From the IMG/VR virus record IMGVR_UViG_3300023176_007894, positions 32,001 through 96,000 of that record: 64,000 nucleotides of DNA. One strand, written 5' to 3'. A model generated the notes under the pieces. The model was not told where the DNA came from, made no database searches, and was given only the letters and a program-made list of their open reading frames with translations. Positions 54,163 to 63,535 of this stretch are shown in pieces. Each line of letters starts with the position of its first letter. Position 1 is the stretch's first letter. The DNA comes from a virus. Position numbers and translations under genes: made by a program.

Positions 54163-56589
54163 ATGAAAAACTTATCATCATCAGAGGCTGAATTTTCAGT
54201 AATAAATGCCGATAATTCAGATGGACTACAACTCAAAGCGGGAAGCAATTCAGGAATATTTATTAAACAAGGGGGGATTGGCATCGGCACGCAAAATCCC
54301 GTTTACCCATTGGATCTAGTAGGAATTTTTCGTGTATCGAGCGGCCAATCTTGGTTTAGGCAAGACAGCACCACATCAACTATTTATGCGCAACAATATG
54401 GCTCTGGACCCGTTGGTATATTTCTGGGTGGTGACGTAGGTATTGGAACTGCAAATCCCGATAGTAAATTACATGTAGTTGGCGACCTTCATGTTTCTGG
54501 TAAAATTTTCCAAAGCGGCAATATATTTGAGGGAGGGGGCGGAGCTGGAGCTAGTACGCCAACCTATAACACGCTTAACGTCACGGGCAGCACTCAAATT
54601 GGGCAAAGTTTAACTGTTTCTGGGGATACTTTTATTGATGGAGATCTCACGGTAAAAGGAGATAGTTTTGTTATCGAAACAGAAACTTTAAGAATTGAAG
54701 ACAAAAACATAGAACTTGGAACAACTTCTACGGGTACAGCCACTGATGTAACCGCAGATGGGGGTGGAATTGCTTTGCACGGAGACACTTTAAAAACCAT
54801 TGCTTTCGACAATTCTACAAAATCTTGGATTTCTAGTGAAAATTTTGGCACAGCGAACGGAAAACATCTATTCACAGACAGCCTTTTTGCTAGAGATTCA
54901 GACGGACTTCGATTAACTGATGATGCAGGTAGCTTGGGCATTTTTATTGCAGATGGTGGACATGTTGGTATTGGTAACAGTAATCCAAACGCCCCATTAG
55001 ACATTGAAAGTACTAGCGATAACATGATTCAACTGAATCAAGGAGCTGGTGCACCGTGGAATTATCTATCATTTTCCCAAGAAAATATCTTAAAGGGTAT
55101 TGTTGGAAGCATAGGTTCTGATGATGAAACCCTAAGTGGCGCTTTATCTCTTACTGCATATAACGGAGAAAACTTAACGTTTCGAACTTCTGCAGGGGTA
55201 AGCGCTGAAGCTGCTCGAATGACAATACTAAATTCTAATGGCAACGTAGGTATTGGAACTGCAAATCCCGATAGTAAATTACATGTAGTTGGCGACCTTC
55301 ATGTTTCTGGTAAAATTTTTCAAAGCGGAAATATATTTGAAGGAGGAGGCGCGGGTGGCTCTGGATTATGGAGCTTGGCAAATTCTCAGAATATATATTA
55401 TACAGGTGGAAATGTTGGTATTGGCACAACGGATCCGTATGGTAATCAATGTAAATTGGATGTATATTCTTCATTGGGCGACTCTTGCGTTCACGTACGA
55501 AATGCTGCGCAGGAATTAAGGATAGATCAGAATAGCATAAGGTCTTACACTAATAACGATTTGAGTTTTTTCTCCTCTGGAAATCAGGGACAATTATATT
55601 TAAAGAAAGACGGTAAGGTTGGTGTTGGTACTACGACTCCTAATGCGAACCTTGATGTAGTTGGCAATAATAATGTAGCAGGTTCCGAAGGCTACATTAA
55701 AATCAGTAATAATACACATGGTGACGCTGGTTATATAGGTTACGCCCCTGCGTTAGTAAATGGTTCAAATAGCCAGCAACTTGCAATAAGGTCGGCTGCG
55801 AGCGGAATAGTATTTTCTGTTGGGAGTAACGAAAAAATGCGCGTTGATTCTAATGGCAACGTAGGTATTGGTACTACAAATCCAGATGGCCAGCTACATG
55901 TGCAATTTACTACAGGTGCATATGCTATCTTGGATTATGCTAGCAAAGGGTATGGCGGCACTACCAGTAACGAGGTTGCGTTTACCTATGGTAATAAACT
56001 ACATCTTGGTGCGGTAAATAGCTCAAGCAACCCTCAAGTTACCATGTCACTTTTAAAAGATGGCAAGGTTGGTATTGGTACGGTGAGTCCGGCTCAACAA
56101 CTAGATGTATATGGAAATATTGCGGTTAATGGAAGCACTGTTCATACTTCGGACGATAGAATCAAGCATAACGAACAGTTGATCACCGGAGCGCTATCTG
56201 TACTTGATAAAGTGACTCCGAAAAAATACATTAAAACGCTTGATATGTATGAGGCTGACCACAATTTCGACTTAGATGAAAATGGTTTGCCAATTGATGT
56301 TAGTGGAAACCTGGTGGAACACAATATAGAGGCCGGAGTTTTAGCTCAAGAAATTTTAACAATACCAGAACTCGCATTCGCGGTAACTCCCGAGAGAATC
56401 GGAGAAAGCGGTGTTGTTGCAGGGCCACACGGATTGGATTACAATAGTTTATTTGTGTATTCCATTGCGGCAATCAAGGAGCAGCAAAATTTAATAGATG
56501 AATTAAGGTTAAAAAATAATAATCTTGAATCAATAGTTTCTGGATTAAATAATGATCTTCAATCTATAATTTCTGGATCTTCAAATTAA
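54163..56589 (+). CDS. Second tail fibre with S74 chaperone, paralogous to 50648-54160
   Basis: GNVGIGT modules, TSDDRIKHNE, GVLAQEI; shares near-identical DNA blocks with the first fibre. Confidence 0.85.
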   Translation: MKNLSSSEAEFSVINADNSDGLQLKAGSNSGIFIKQGGIGIGTQNPVYPLDLVGIFRVSSGQSWFRQDSTTSTIYAQQYGSGPVGIFLGGDVGIGTANPDSKLHVVGDLHVSGKIFQSGNIFEGGGGAGASTPTYNTLNVTGSTQIGQSLTVSGDTFIDGDLTVKGDSFVIETETLRIEDKNIELGTTSTGTATDVTADGGGIALHGDTLKTIAFDNSTKSWISSENFGTANGKHLFTDSLFARDSDGLRLTDDAGSLGIFIADGGHVGIGNSNPNAPLDIESTSDNMIQLNQGAGAPWNYLSFSQENILKGIVGSIGSDDETLSGALSLTAYNGENLTFRTSAGVSAEAARMTILNSNGNVGIGTANPDSKLHVVGDLHVSGKIFQSGNIFEGGGAGGSGLWSLANSQNIYYTGGNVGIGTTDPYGNQCKLDVYSSLGDSCVHVRNAAQELRIDQNSIRSYTNNDLSFFSSGNQGQLYLKKDGKVGVGTTTPNANLDVVGNNNVAGSEGYIKISNNTHGDAGYIGYAPALVNGSNSQQLAIRSAASGIVFSVGSNEKMRVDSNGNVGIGTTNPDGQLHVQFTTGAYAILDYASKGYGGTTSNEVAFTYGNKLHLGAVNSSSNPQVTMSLLKDGKVGIGTVSPAQQLDVYGNIAVNGSTVHTSDDRIKHNEQLITGALSVLDKVTPKKYIKTLDMYEADHNFDLDENGLPIDVSGNLVEHNIEAGVLAQEILTIPELAFAVTPERIGESGVVAGPHGLDYNSLFVYSIAAIKEQQNLIDELRLKNNNLESIVSGLNNDLQSIISGSSN

Positions 56590-57269
56590 TCATTAAGTTT
56601 TTTTTGATTTTTTGTTATCAATTCAAATATTTGTGCTCTCATGTTTTTATCTGAGTAATACCATCTGTACATTGCGTCATTTTTGATTTGATTGATTTGA
56701 TTATTCATTTTTGATATTTCTTTTTTTAATTGAGAGATAAATTCTGGGGTAATTGTTTTTATTTTTACATTTAGCTCTAGTGCTACTTGTAATATTTTCC
56801 TGAAGTTTCCATTTTGCTTTCCTTGAACTGCTTCGTTATAGAGGTCAAGCTTTTCCTCGGCGTCGTCTTTGGATAGATTTTTATTTAGATCTGGGTGTGT
56901 TTGACGAACAATTTCTCTGAATAAATTATTCATTTCATCATTTGACAGCTCAGTGGATTTATCTTTTTTATCTGGAACTGACTGAAATGGATGTTCGATA
57001 TTTTTTTCACTACAATAAGCGAGCATCTCTGCGATAAACTGTCTTCTTATGGAATCAAATTCGGTTACTAATTCTTCATGCTCAATATTTAAATAGATTG
57101 CTTGATGTCTAAGCTTTTTGAATTGCTTACTCAATTCTTTTTCTGCAATGGATTTTTGATATTTTACTGGCAAATTTTCTTTTGAAAATTTTTTGTTTTC
57201 TGGACGATGCTTTCCGAGTTCATCCTTTTCTTTGGAAAATAATTTTTTAAACAAATCTTTTGGGTTCAT
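56586..57269 (-). CDS. J-domain-like (HPD) co-chaperone protein
   Basis: LFREIVRQTHPDLN...LYNEA matches helix II-HPD-helix III. Confidence 0.65.
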   Translation of the reverse strand: MNPKDLFKKLFSKEKDELGKHRPENKKFSKENLPVKYQKSIAEKELSKQFKKLRHQAIYLNIEHEELVTEFDSIRRQFIAEMLAYCSEKNIEHPFQSVPDKKDKSTELSNDEMNNLFREIVRQTHPDLNKNLSKDDAEEKLDLYNEAVQGKQNGNFRKILQVALELNVKIKTITPEFISQLKKEISKMNNQINQIKNDAMYRWYYSDKNMRAQIFELITKNQKKLND

Positions 57270-57285
57270 ATTTTATTTTACACGC

Positions 57286-57313
57286 AAAAAAAAGGCGATC
57301 CCGAAGGATCGCC
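57286..57313 (-). terminator. Rho-independent terminator (cUUCGg loop)
   Basis: Minus strand ggcgatcc-ttcg-ggatcgcc-tttttttt, followed after 2 nt by GTGTA. Confidence 0.88.
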
Positions 57314-57343
57314 AGAAGATAAATAATATCTTTCTCGTTAGAA

Positions 57344-58306
57344 TCAGTCTGCAACCGATGCGAAGATTTCAACTGTGTAGTTAGCTGAAGGCAATGCATC
57401 TGCGAATGATACTGTGCATGCGCTTGTCGAAACAGCTGTAACCATGCATGCGATAATTGGGTCGCTTGCACTTGTGCTTTTAAGAACTGCGATGACAGCT
57501 GGTGTACTGTCGAAGGTACGGCCGAATGAAATCGAACCGGAATCTTGTGCGGAGGAGCTTTGAGAGACAGATTTAGCAACAACGTCATTTCCTTGGTCTT
57601 GAGCGTGAAGACTCGAGATGTCTACGCTAAGATCGGATTCGTTTGTTACGTCTTGAGCGTGAAGGCTCGAGATGTCTACGCTAAGATCGGATTCGTTTGT
57701 TACGTCTTGAGCGTGAAGGCTCGAGACATCAACGCTAAGATCAGACTCATTAGCTACGTCAACAGCTTGAAGGCTGGAGATGTCGCTGTCAAGACTTGCG
57801 TCTTTTGTTGAGCGATTGAACTCTTCAGTTGTAAGTCCAGCTTGAAGGCTGGAGATATCGACGCTAAGATCGGATTCGTTAGCTACGTCAACAGCTTGAA
57901 GGCTGGAGATGTCACTGTCAAGACTTGTGTCTTTTGTTGAACGAGCGTTTGCTTCGTCTGTGATTCCAGCTTGAAGACTGGAAACGTCAACGCTAAGATC
58001 AGACTCATTCTTTACATCAACAGCTTGAAGGCTGGAGATGTCTGTATCAAGACTTGTGTCTTTTGTCGAACGAGCGCTCTCTTCAGCTGTGATTCCAGCT
58101 TGAAGGCTGGAAACGTCAACGCTAAGATCAGACTCGTTTTTTACGTCAACAGCTTGAAGGCTGGAGATGTCTGAGTCAATCGAGGCACGAGACATGTGTG
58201 TTGTACTACCATCTGCACTTTTGATTTCAAAAGCACCAGGAGTACTCGATTCAAGGCGGAGATTACCGCCAAGATTTAATGTTTCGGTACGGAAGATTTT
58301 TGCCAT
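57344..58306 (-). CDS. Repeat-rich coiled-coil fibre protein with C-terminal beta domain
   Basis: DISSL/DVSSL repeats; C-terminal ISFGRTFDSTPAV...CTVSF domain; own terminator. Confidence 0.7.
   Translation of the reverse strand: MAKIFRTETLNLGGNLRLESSTPGAFEIKSADGSTTHMSRASIDSDISSLQAVDVKNESDLSVDVSSLQAGITAEESARSTKDTSLDTDISSLQAVDVKNESDLSVDVSSLQAGITDEANARSTKDTSLDSDISSLQAVDVANESDLSVDISSLQAGLTTEEFNRSTKDASLDSDISSLQAVDVANESDLSVDVSSLHAQDVTNESDLSVDISSLHAQDVTNESDLSVDISSLHAQDQGNDVVAKSVSQSSSAQDSGSISFGRTFDSTPAVIAVLKSTSASDPIIACMVTAVSTSACTVSFADALPSANYTVEIFASVAD
57596..58177 (-). repeat. Coding tandem repeats: 3 x 129 nt (43 aa), then about 3.5 x 54 nt (18 aa)
   Basis: cagcttgaaggctggagatgtc recurs at 129-nt spacing; DxSSLHAQDVTNESDLSV units follow. 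Confidence 0.85.
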
Positions 58307-58343
58307 ACAATAATTATATACCGGTCAAAAATAAAAATGGGAA

Positions 58344-61343
58344 CTACGAATTGTTCCAGTAGCTCATGAATATTTTCTTTAATTGATGCGGGTACGCCAT
58401 GAAATGTAATATAAATGTCTCGCTGTTAACTAATCTTGGATCTGTATTGAATTCGTTCATTTCAAAAATTTTTCTATTGAATCCTGCTTCATCTGATTTT
58501 TTTAAAATTCCACAAAGAACTTCTTGATCTCCTCCGCTTGAATAGAGCGAGGATTTGTCTCCATTAAAGTCGCGCCATCTTTTGATTAAGTTTTTTGTAT
58601 AGGTATGAGATTTAAAAAATAACACGCCGCTATTTAACATGGAGTTGCCGCCAATGTCTTTCGTGGCTAAAATAAACTTTTTTGGTGATTTGCTTATTAT
58701 TTCCTCGAGTTTTTTATTTGGGTTAAAGATTAATGTGTCAGAATCCATCCATATTATGTATTCGTGGTCATCAATATGATTTAGTAGCGCTTGAGCCTTG
58801 GACCAGTTTGGGTTAGATTTTTTTTCAAGTTTTTCGCGGTAAATATAAAATGTATAACCTTGTTTTTCGCAATATTCTTTTATGGAGTTTTCTGAGTGCG
58901 TTGCATAATCTGCTATTTCTTTCGTGTACAAACTAACTATTGCAATTTTTTGATTAGCATTATATGTGTCAAATTTATTCTCGGGCGGTTTTAATTCAGG
59001 TATTTCGTGAGCAATATAATTGAAGAAATTATAATCTTTGAAATTTTGCCATTGATTTTTTAAGCTAATAAATTCTTTAGCTTTTTCACTAAGTGAGAAG
59101 TTTGTGTTTTTAGTTTCCAAATTAATTGATTCGTGTTTTTTTCTGGTATCATCATTCCAATGGGTGACGTTGTAGTGGTTATAAAAATCTGCTTTATCTT
59201 TTTCAAATTGTTCCATCGAGAAATCAGAATTTTTGTTTCTGAATAAAATGTGATTACCTGGGCCTGACTCGCGGTATGTTTTCATATGCTGGCAATTGTC
59301 AATCTTACGACGAATGTTTTGAAAATACTCTTCGTTTTTTCCTCGTTCGACAGTTTTACCGCTTAACATTTGACTAACTGAATGCATGTAAGAATATACT
59401 GCTAGGAAGAATAAATTTTTACCTTCTCTACGATATTTTAAGTTATTTGCAATCGCTCGGCCGATTAAAGGGTTTTTTGGGCAAGTTAAAATAAAATCTT
59501 GAGAGAAATCAATATCTTGAAATGTAGGTAAAACTATTTTGCTTTTGGGGTTTATTATTTCAGATAAGGGCGTATCGATATATCTATCAATATCGATGTA
59601 AAGTCCTCCTTCTTGATAGGTTTTTAAAAGCCTCCAGAGGTCTGTTTTTTCGGTAATTTTTTTATTTTTAATTAGATTCCAGTCTTCTAGGCTAATTGAG
59701 TCACGCAACATTTTATCGATATCTTCGTCGTTGTAAATTTCCATCTCCCAGCCTGGATTTAGTTTTAATAAATTAGCGATTCCTTTTTGAATTAATGGTT
59801 GGTTGGAAGTGATTACATTTTCGTCTTTCCACGATATGTGGATTTTGTTTGTAATTTTTTTACTTTTAAGTTCTTGCAAAAACGGGAATTCTATCTCTTC
59901 CTTTACCCACCAATCTAAGCTATAATCATTCCTATTGACGCAGTTCGGGAAATCTAGGCCTTTTATTGGATATGCGCAATCTAGCTCGCTCGAGCAGACG
60001 CCCTTTCTAATGAAAGAAATTTCCATAACGCTTGGGACTTCAAATTTTCTTTCCACCCAATTATTTGCATGCATGTGAAAGATGTCATAATATTCTAAAA
60101 TTAATTCTAATACATGGTTCTTGTTTTCGTAGTTGTAATAATTAGGATTATTTAATCCATGAAACTCAATGCACATCATGGAGAAACAGTCATTTATTAA
60201 TTTTATATTTTTTTCAATTACTGGATATTCGTGGCCCTCGATATCCATTTTTAAAATCATGTTCTTTTTATTGATGTTATTGTTTATCGACAAATGTGAG
60301 CGTAAATTATCTGCAGTCAAGTTTTCTTTTTTGAATACAAGTCTTGGATTTTTTGATTGTTCTCGCTCAATTGTGCCGTCAAACATAAATACTGTCTTGT
60401 TATTATTAGCGCACTCTGCATCAAATGAGTCAGAATTTTCTGAATCATCTATTCCATAAGAATATACTGTATCGCAATCGTTAAATATTTCTTGAAGTAA
60501 TACATAGCCTCCATCTCCCTCTGCGCCAATTCTTTTTTTGATTAGATTAGTTTTTAGAGGTATCAATAATTCGGTGAGACTTTTATTGTTTGATAATTTT
60601 TTATTTTTGTTCAACTCAAACTTTTCTTGTGCATATCTCAAATCTGAATTCTTATCTATTTCCGTATTGTCATTTTCTTCGTGCAGTTGATATGCCATTA
60701 AGGGGTTTAAGTGGTAAATAGAGTCTGGGGAGGAAAATATTTTATTTTTATTAAAAAAGTTTTGCATGAAGTTGTCTAGGGCTTGGTCTATCCCTTGTTG
60801 TTCTGCCCATTGGCATAAGAGGGAGGCGGCTTGTTTACTTAATATATATGAGCTTGCATTCATGTGCCAAAAATGATCGTCCTTAGAGAAGAAGCTGTTT
60901 CTTTTAATATTAAAAAAATAATCGTTATGCTTTTGTAGAACTTTGTGATAGTGAGGCTTATTCCATGGCTGGCAACCACCTAGGTATATTAGGTTGTAAT
61001 CGCTGGGTATGTGCCTGCTGAAAACTTGATTCCAGAAGTTGGTAAATCCATTTTTAAAAACCGCGTCGTCTTCTAGTATTAAGTAATTATCAGCACCTTT
61101 ATCTAATGTCAAGCGTTTCCATAATCTGTAATGGCTAAGGGCGCACGCTATTTCTGCTTTTGTGAATTTTTCTAGATTTTTACCAAATATTTTTTCTATT
61201 TCTTCGTTCAACTCTAGGTTTTTTGCGTCAATAGCAGGAAACCTTTCTGCTGAAAATGGTAGATTTTTGTTTATATGTTCTAATCTATCTTTTCGACGAT
61301 CGAGGTTTATAAAAAAAGCTTTACTTATTTTATTTAATGTCAT
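58344..61343 (-). CDS. Four-domain glycan enzyme: GT25-like, FkbM-like methyltransferase, GT32 (DXD)-like and GT34-like
   Basis: INLDRRKDR/CALSH/ILEDD; RIGAEGDGGY/YSYGI/LKMDIEGHE; KIHISW/DLWRL/GGLYIDID; WSK/WMDSD/LNSGV/DQ. Confidence 0.8.
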   Translation of the reverse strand: MTLNKISKAFFINLDRRKDRLEHINKNLPFSAERFPAIDAKNLELNEEIEKIFGKNLEKFTKAEIACALSHYRLWKRLTLDKGADNYLILEDDAVFKNGFTNFWNQVFSRHIPSDYNLIYLGGCQPWNKPHYHKVLQKHNDYFFNIKRNSFFSKDDHFWHMNASSYILSKQAASLLCQWAEQQGIDQALDNFMQNFFNKNKIFSSPDSIYHLNPLMAYQLHEENDNTEIDKNSDLRYAQEKFELNKNKKLSNNKSLTELLIPLKTNLIKKRIGAEGDGGYVLLQEIFNDCDTVYSYGIDDSENSDSFDAECANNNKTVFMFDGTIEREQSKNPRLVFKKENLTADNLRSHLSINNNINKKNMILKMDIEGHEYPVIEKNIKLINDCFSMMCIEFHGLNNPNYYNYENKNHVLELILEYYDIFHMHANNWVERKFEVPSVMEISFIRKGVCSSELDCAYPIKGLDFPNCVNRNDYSLDWWVKEEIEFPFLQELKSKKITNKIHISWKDENVITSNQPLIQKGIANLLKLNPGWEMEIYNDEDIDKMLRDSISLEDWNLIKNKKITEKTDLWRLLKTYQEGGLYIDIDRYIDTPLSEIINPKSKIVLPTFQDIDFSQDFILTCPKNPLIGRAIANNLKYRREGKNLFFLAVYSYMHSVSQMLSGKTVERGKNEEYFQNIRRKIDNCQHMKTYRESGPGNHILFRNKNSDFSMEQFEKDKADFYNHYNVTHWNDDTRKKHESINLETKNTNFSLSEKAKEFISLKNQWQNFKDYNFFNYIAHEIPELKPPENKFDTYNANQKIAIVSLYTKEIADYATHSENSIKEYCEKQGYTFYIYREKLEKKSNPNWSKAQALLNHIDDHEYIIWMDSDTLIFNPNKKLEEIISKSPKKFILATKDIGGNSMLNSGVLFFKSHTYTKNLIKRWRDFNGDKSSLYSSGGDQEVLCGILKKSDEAGFNRKIFEMNEFNTDPRLVNSETFILHFMAYPHQLKKIFMSYWNNS

Positions 61344-62442
61344 CTATTAACTTGGAATATATGTTTATATTTTTATCCTCGAATGGGCTGAATTGCTTTA
61401 GGCAGGAGCGAGCTTGCTCGGTGTATTCATTTAGGGTTTTTTCGTGATTGAGTATAGCATTATAAAGTTGATTTGCTCCCATTTTAATATCGTGCTGCTT
61501 GTAGTAATAACCTACATCACATAAGCTTGGACAATTGTGAATTAGTGGAAGGCCCATGTAGAGTTGCTCGAAATTAGCGTAATTAAATTCACAATCATTC
61601 TGATGACTAACTATAGTACTACCAAATTTACTTAATGCGTCCAGGGATCCCCATCTGTTATTAAAAAAGCAGAAATCTTTTTTGTTTAAAATGTTTAATC
61701 TTTTTGCAAAATTTTCAAAATACTTTCTAGATCTTATTCTTTCAGCGCAAAAGATGTTGATCGCGCTTAATGTATTTTGCCTTTCTGTTTCTAGTCTCTC
61801 GCAAATCATTAATGGAACAAGGCATGTTTTTACGGGGTTTATGTTTGGTTCAAAAACACAAACTTTATTTGCGTAGTCAGCCTTAAAGAAAGGGTTTAGG
61901 TTTTTTCTCTTCAAATCTTTTATTTTATCCTGAACGAAAGACGGTTCCCAAATCATGGGGGTAATAACGACATTATCTATTCCGTAGTAGGTCTTTATAT
62001 ATTCGATTCCTGAAGCGTGATGAGGTAGAATCCATAATTGGTCAACATATTCGCTAACATTTTTGGGATTTAACTGTATTTCATAATTCTTATATCTTTC
62101 GTCAAATAATAGATTATGTGTGTCTATATATAATTTATGACCAAAATGAGATATGATAATTTTTAGATTTGGGTTTCGTTCTTTAAGTTCTTTATATGTT
62201 TTAAGTGGAATATCATAGCCTGCGATAATTAATATATCAAGATTTTCGCTTTTATCTGAAATGAGATCTTGCAACAACATTCCCTGGTGATTGAAGTGCA
62301 TTCTATTTTTTGGAATGTCTTTAGTAATGTAATAACATTCATGACCTATTCTTTTAAATAAATCATAAAGAAAAACTATATTTTGTTGCATTCCGTTTGC
62401 CCAAAAAGCAATGGACATATCAAGTGTGATTCCTATTTTCAT
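61330..62442 (-). CDS. DUF2827-family protein (putative glycosyltransferase)
   Basis: FWANGMQQN, W-LPH, P-IWEP, VFEPNINPVKT, LYMGLPLIHN, GYYY. Confidence 0.75.
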   Translation of the reverse strand: MKIGITLDMSIAFWANGMQQNIVFLYDLFKRIGHECYYITKDIPKNRMHFNHQGMLLQDLISDKSENLDILIIAGYDIPLKTYKELKERNPNLKIIISHFGHKLYIDTHNLLFDERYKNYEIQLNPKNVSEYVDQLWILPHHASGIEYIKTYYGIDNVVITPMIWEPSFVQDKIKDLKRKNLNPFFKADYANKVCVFEPNINPVKTCLVPLMICERLETERQNTLSAINIFCAERIRSRKYFENFAKRLNILNKKDFCFFNNRWGSLDALSKFGSTIVSHQNDCEFNYANFEQLYMGLPLIHNCPSLCDVGYYYKQHDIKMGANQLYNAILNHEKTLNEYTEQARSCLKQFSPFEDKNINIYSKLIDDIK

Positions 62443-63515
62443 GACAATAATTTTTTATATTTTTCTATAACAAGTGGGTTTTTGGGTGAGTATCGATCTA
62501 AAATGATCTGCGATTGTTTTTTGTATTCTTCTAAATTTTGATCGTGGTAAGTTAGCGCAAGCCTGAGGGCGTCTGCACCTTTTTTGGTGTCATATTCAGG
62601 GTAATAATATCCAGCGCCCTTAATGTACTCAGAGTTATGAACTAGCGGAATATTGAAGTATAGGGCCTCTAAGTATGTATAATTTAATCCGTTAAGCAGT
62701 TGATTTGAGAGAGAGACGCTTACGTCTTCGGAGAATACTTTGCTGATCGTTGTTCGAGATAAGTAGTTAATTAATCCTGCTTTTTGGATTTCTAATTGCC
62801 ACATTAAGGCTTTAAAATAATTCTTATCTCTTAGTTTTTGAGAACAATAAACATTGCATTTATTAAATAAATCTTTACTTTGGGAATATAGCTCCTCAAT
62901 TATCATTATTGATGGCAGGCAGTGTTTAGTTACATTTAAATTTGGTTCAAATATTCCTATGTTTTTTTCTTTATCTTTTGAGTAAAAGCATGTTTTTCCT
63001 TCTTTATTCCAAATTTTTTCATGAATATCCATGTATTTAGGATCCCATATATATGGAATTTCAAAAACTTTTTCCGATTTGTAGTATGTTTTGAAATACG
63101 GTACTGAGAATTCATAATGAGGTGACAACCAGTTTTCGTCAACTCTATAATCAATCAAGGGGCGAGTATGATCCCAGTTAGACTGTTCTATATCTGCCAA
63201 CAATCTATTACCGTAGTGAACATATATATTCTTGCATTTTGGGCAAATGTCTTTGATTGTATCTATACTTTTCTTCGATAAAACCCAACCGGTTTGTAGT
63301 ACTGCGTATAGGTCTTGGCAGTACTCAGGTATTTCGTGTTGTTCGAGTATTAATGTGTCTGTCGGCGGGTCTATGCATTCTTCTACGTTATGGTTAACTA
63401 CAATTAAGGGGGTAAATCCTATATCTTTTAGAAGCTCAGAAAGGAAAACTATATTCTGCTGTAAGCCGTTTGAGAATATACCTTTTTTGAAATTGGCGGT
63501 AAGCAATATATTCAT
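62439..63515 (-). CDS. DUF2827-family protein (putative glycosyltransferase)
   Basis: FSNGLQQN, WLSPH, PYIWDP, IFEPNLNVTKH, NYTYLEALY--IPLVHNS, GYYY. Confidence 0.75.
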   Translation of the reverse strand: MNILLTANFKKGIFSNGLQQNIVFLSELLKDIGFTPLIVVNHNVEECIDPPTDTLILEQHEIPEYCQDLYAVLQTGWVLSKKSIDTIKDICPKCKNIYVHYGNRLLADIEQSNWDHTRPLIDYRVDENWLSPHYEFSVPYFKTYYKSEKVFEIPYIWDPKYMDIHEKIWNKEGKTCFYSKDKEKNIGIFEPNLNVTKHCLPSIMIIEELYSQSKDLFNKCNVYCSQKLRDKNYFKALMWQLEIQKAGLINYLSRTTISKVFSEDVSVSLSNQLLNGLNYTYLEALYFNIPLVHNSEYIKGAGYYYPEYDTKKGADALRLALTYHDQNLEEYKKQSQIILDRYSPKNPLVIEKYKKLLS

Positions 63516-63535
63516 AATTATGATTTACACGATAA

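Noticed and set aside
57596-58177. Regularly spaced repeats resembling a CRISPR array
   Set aside because: Units are in-frame multiples of 3 with synonymous variation and no unique spacers; the Cas4-like nuclease at 39735 lies in the replication cluster with no other cas genes
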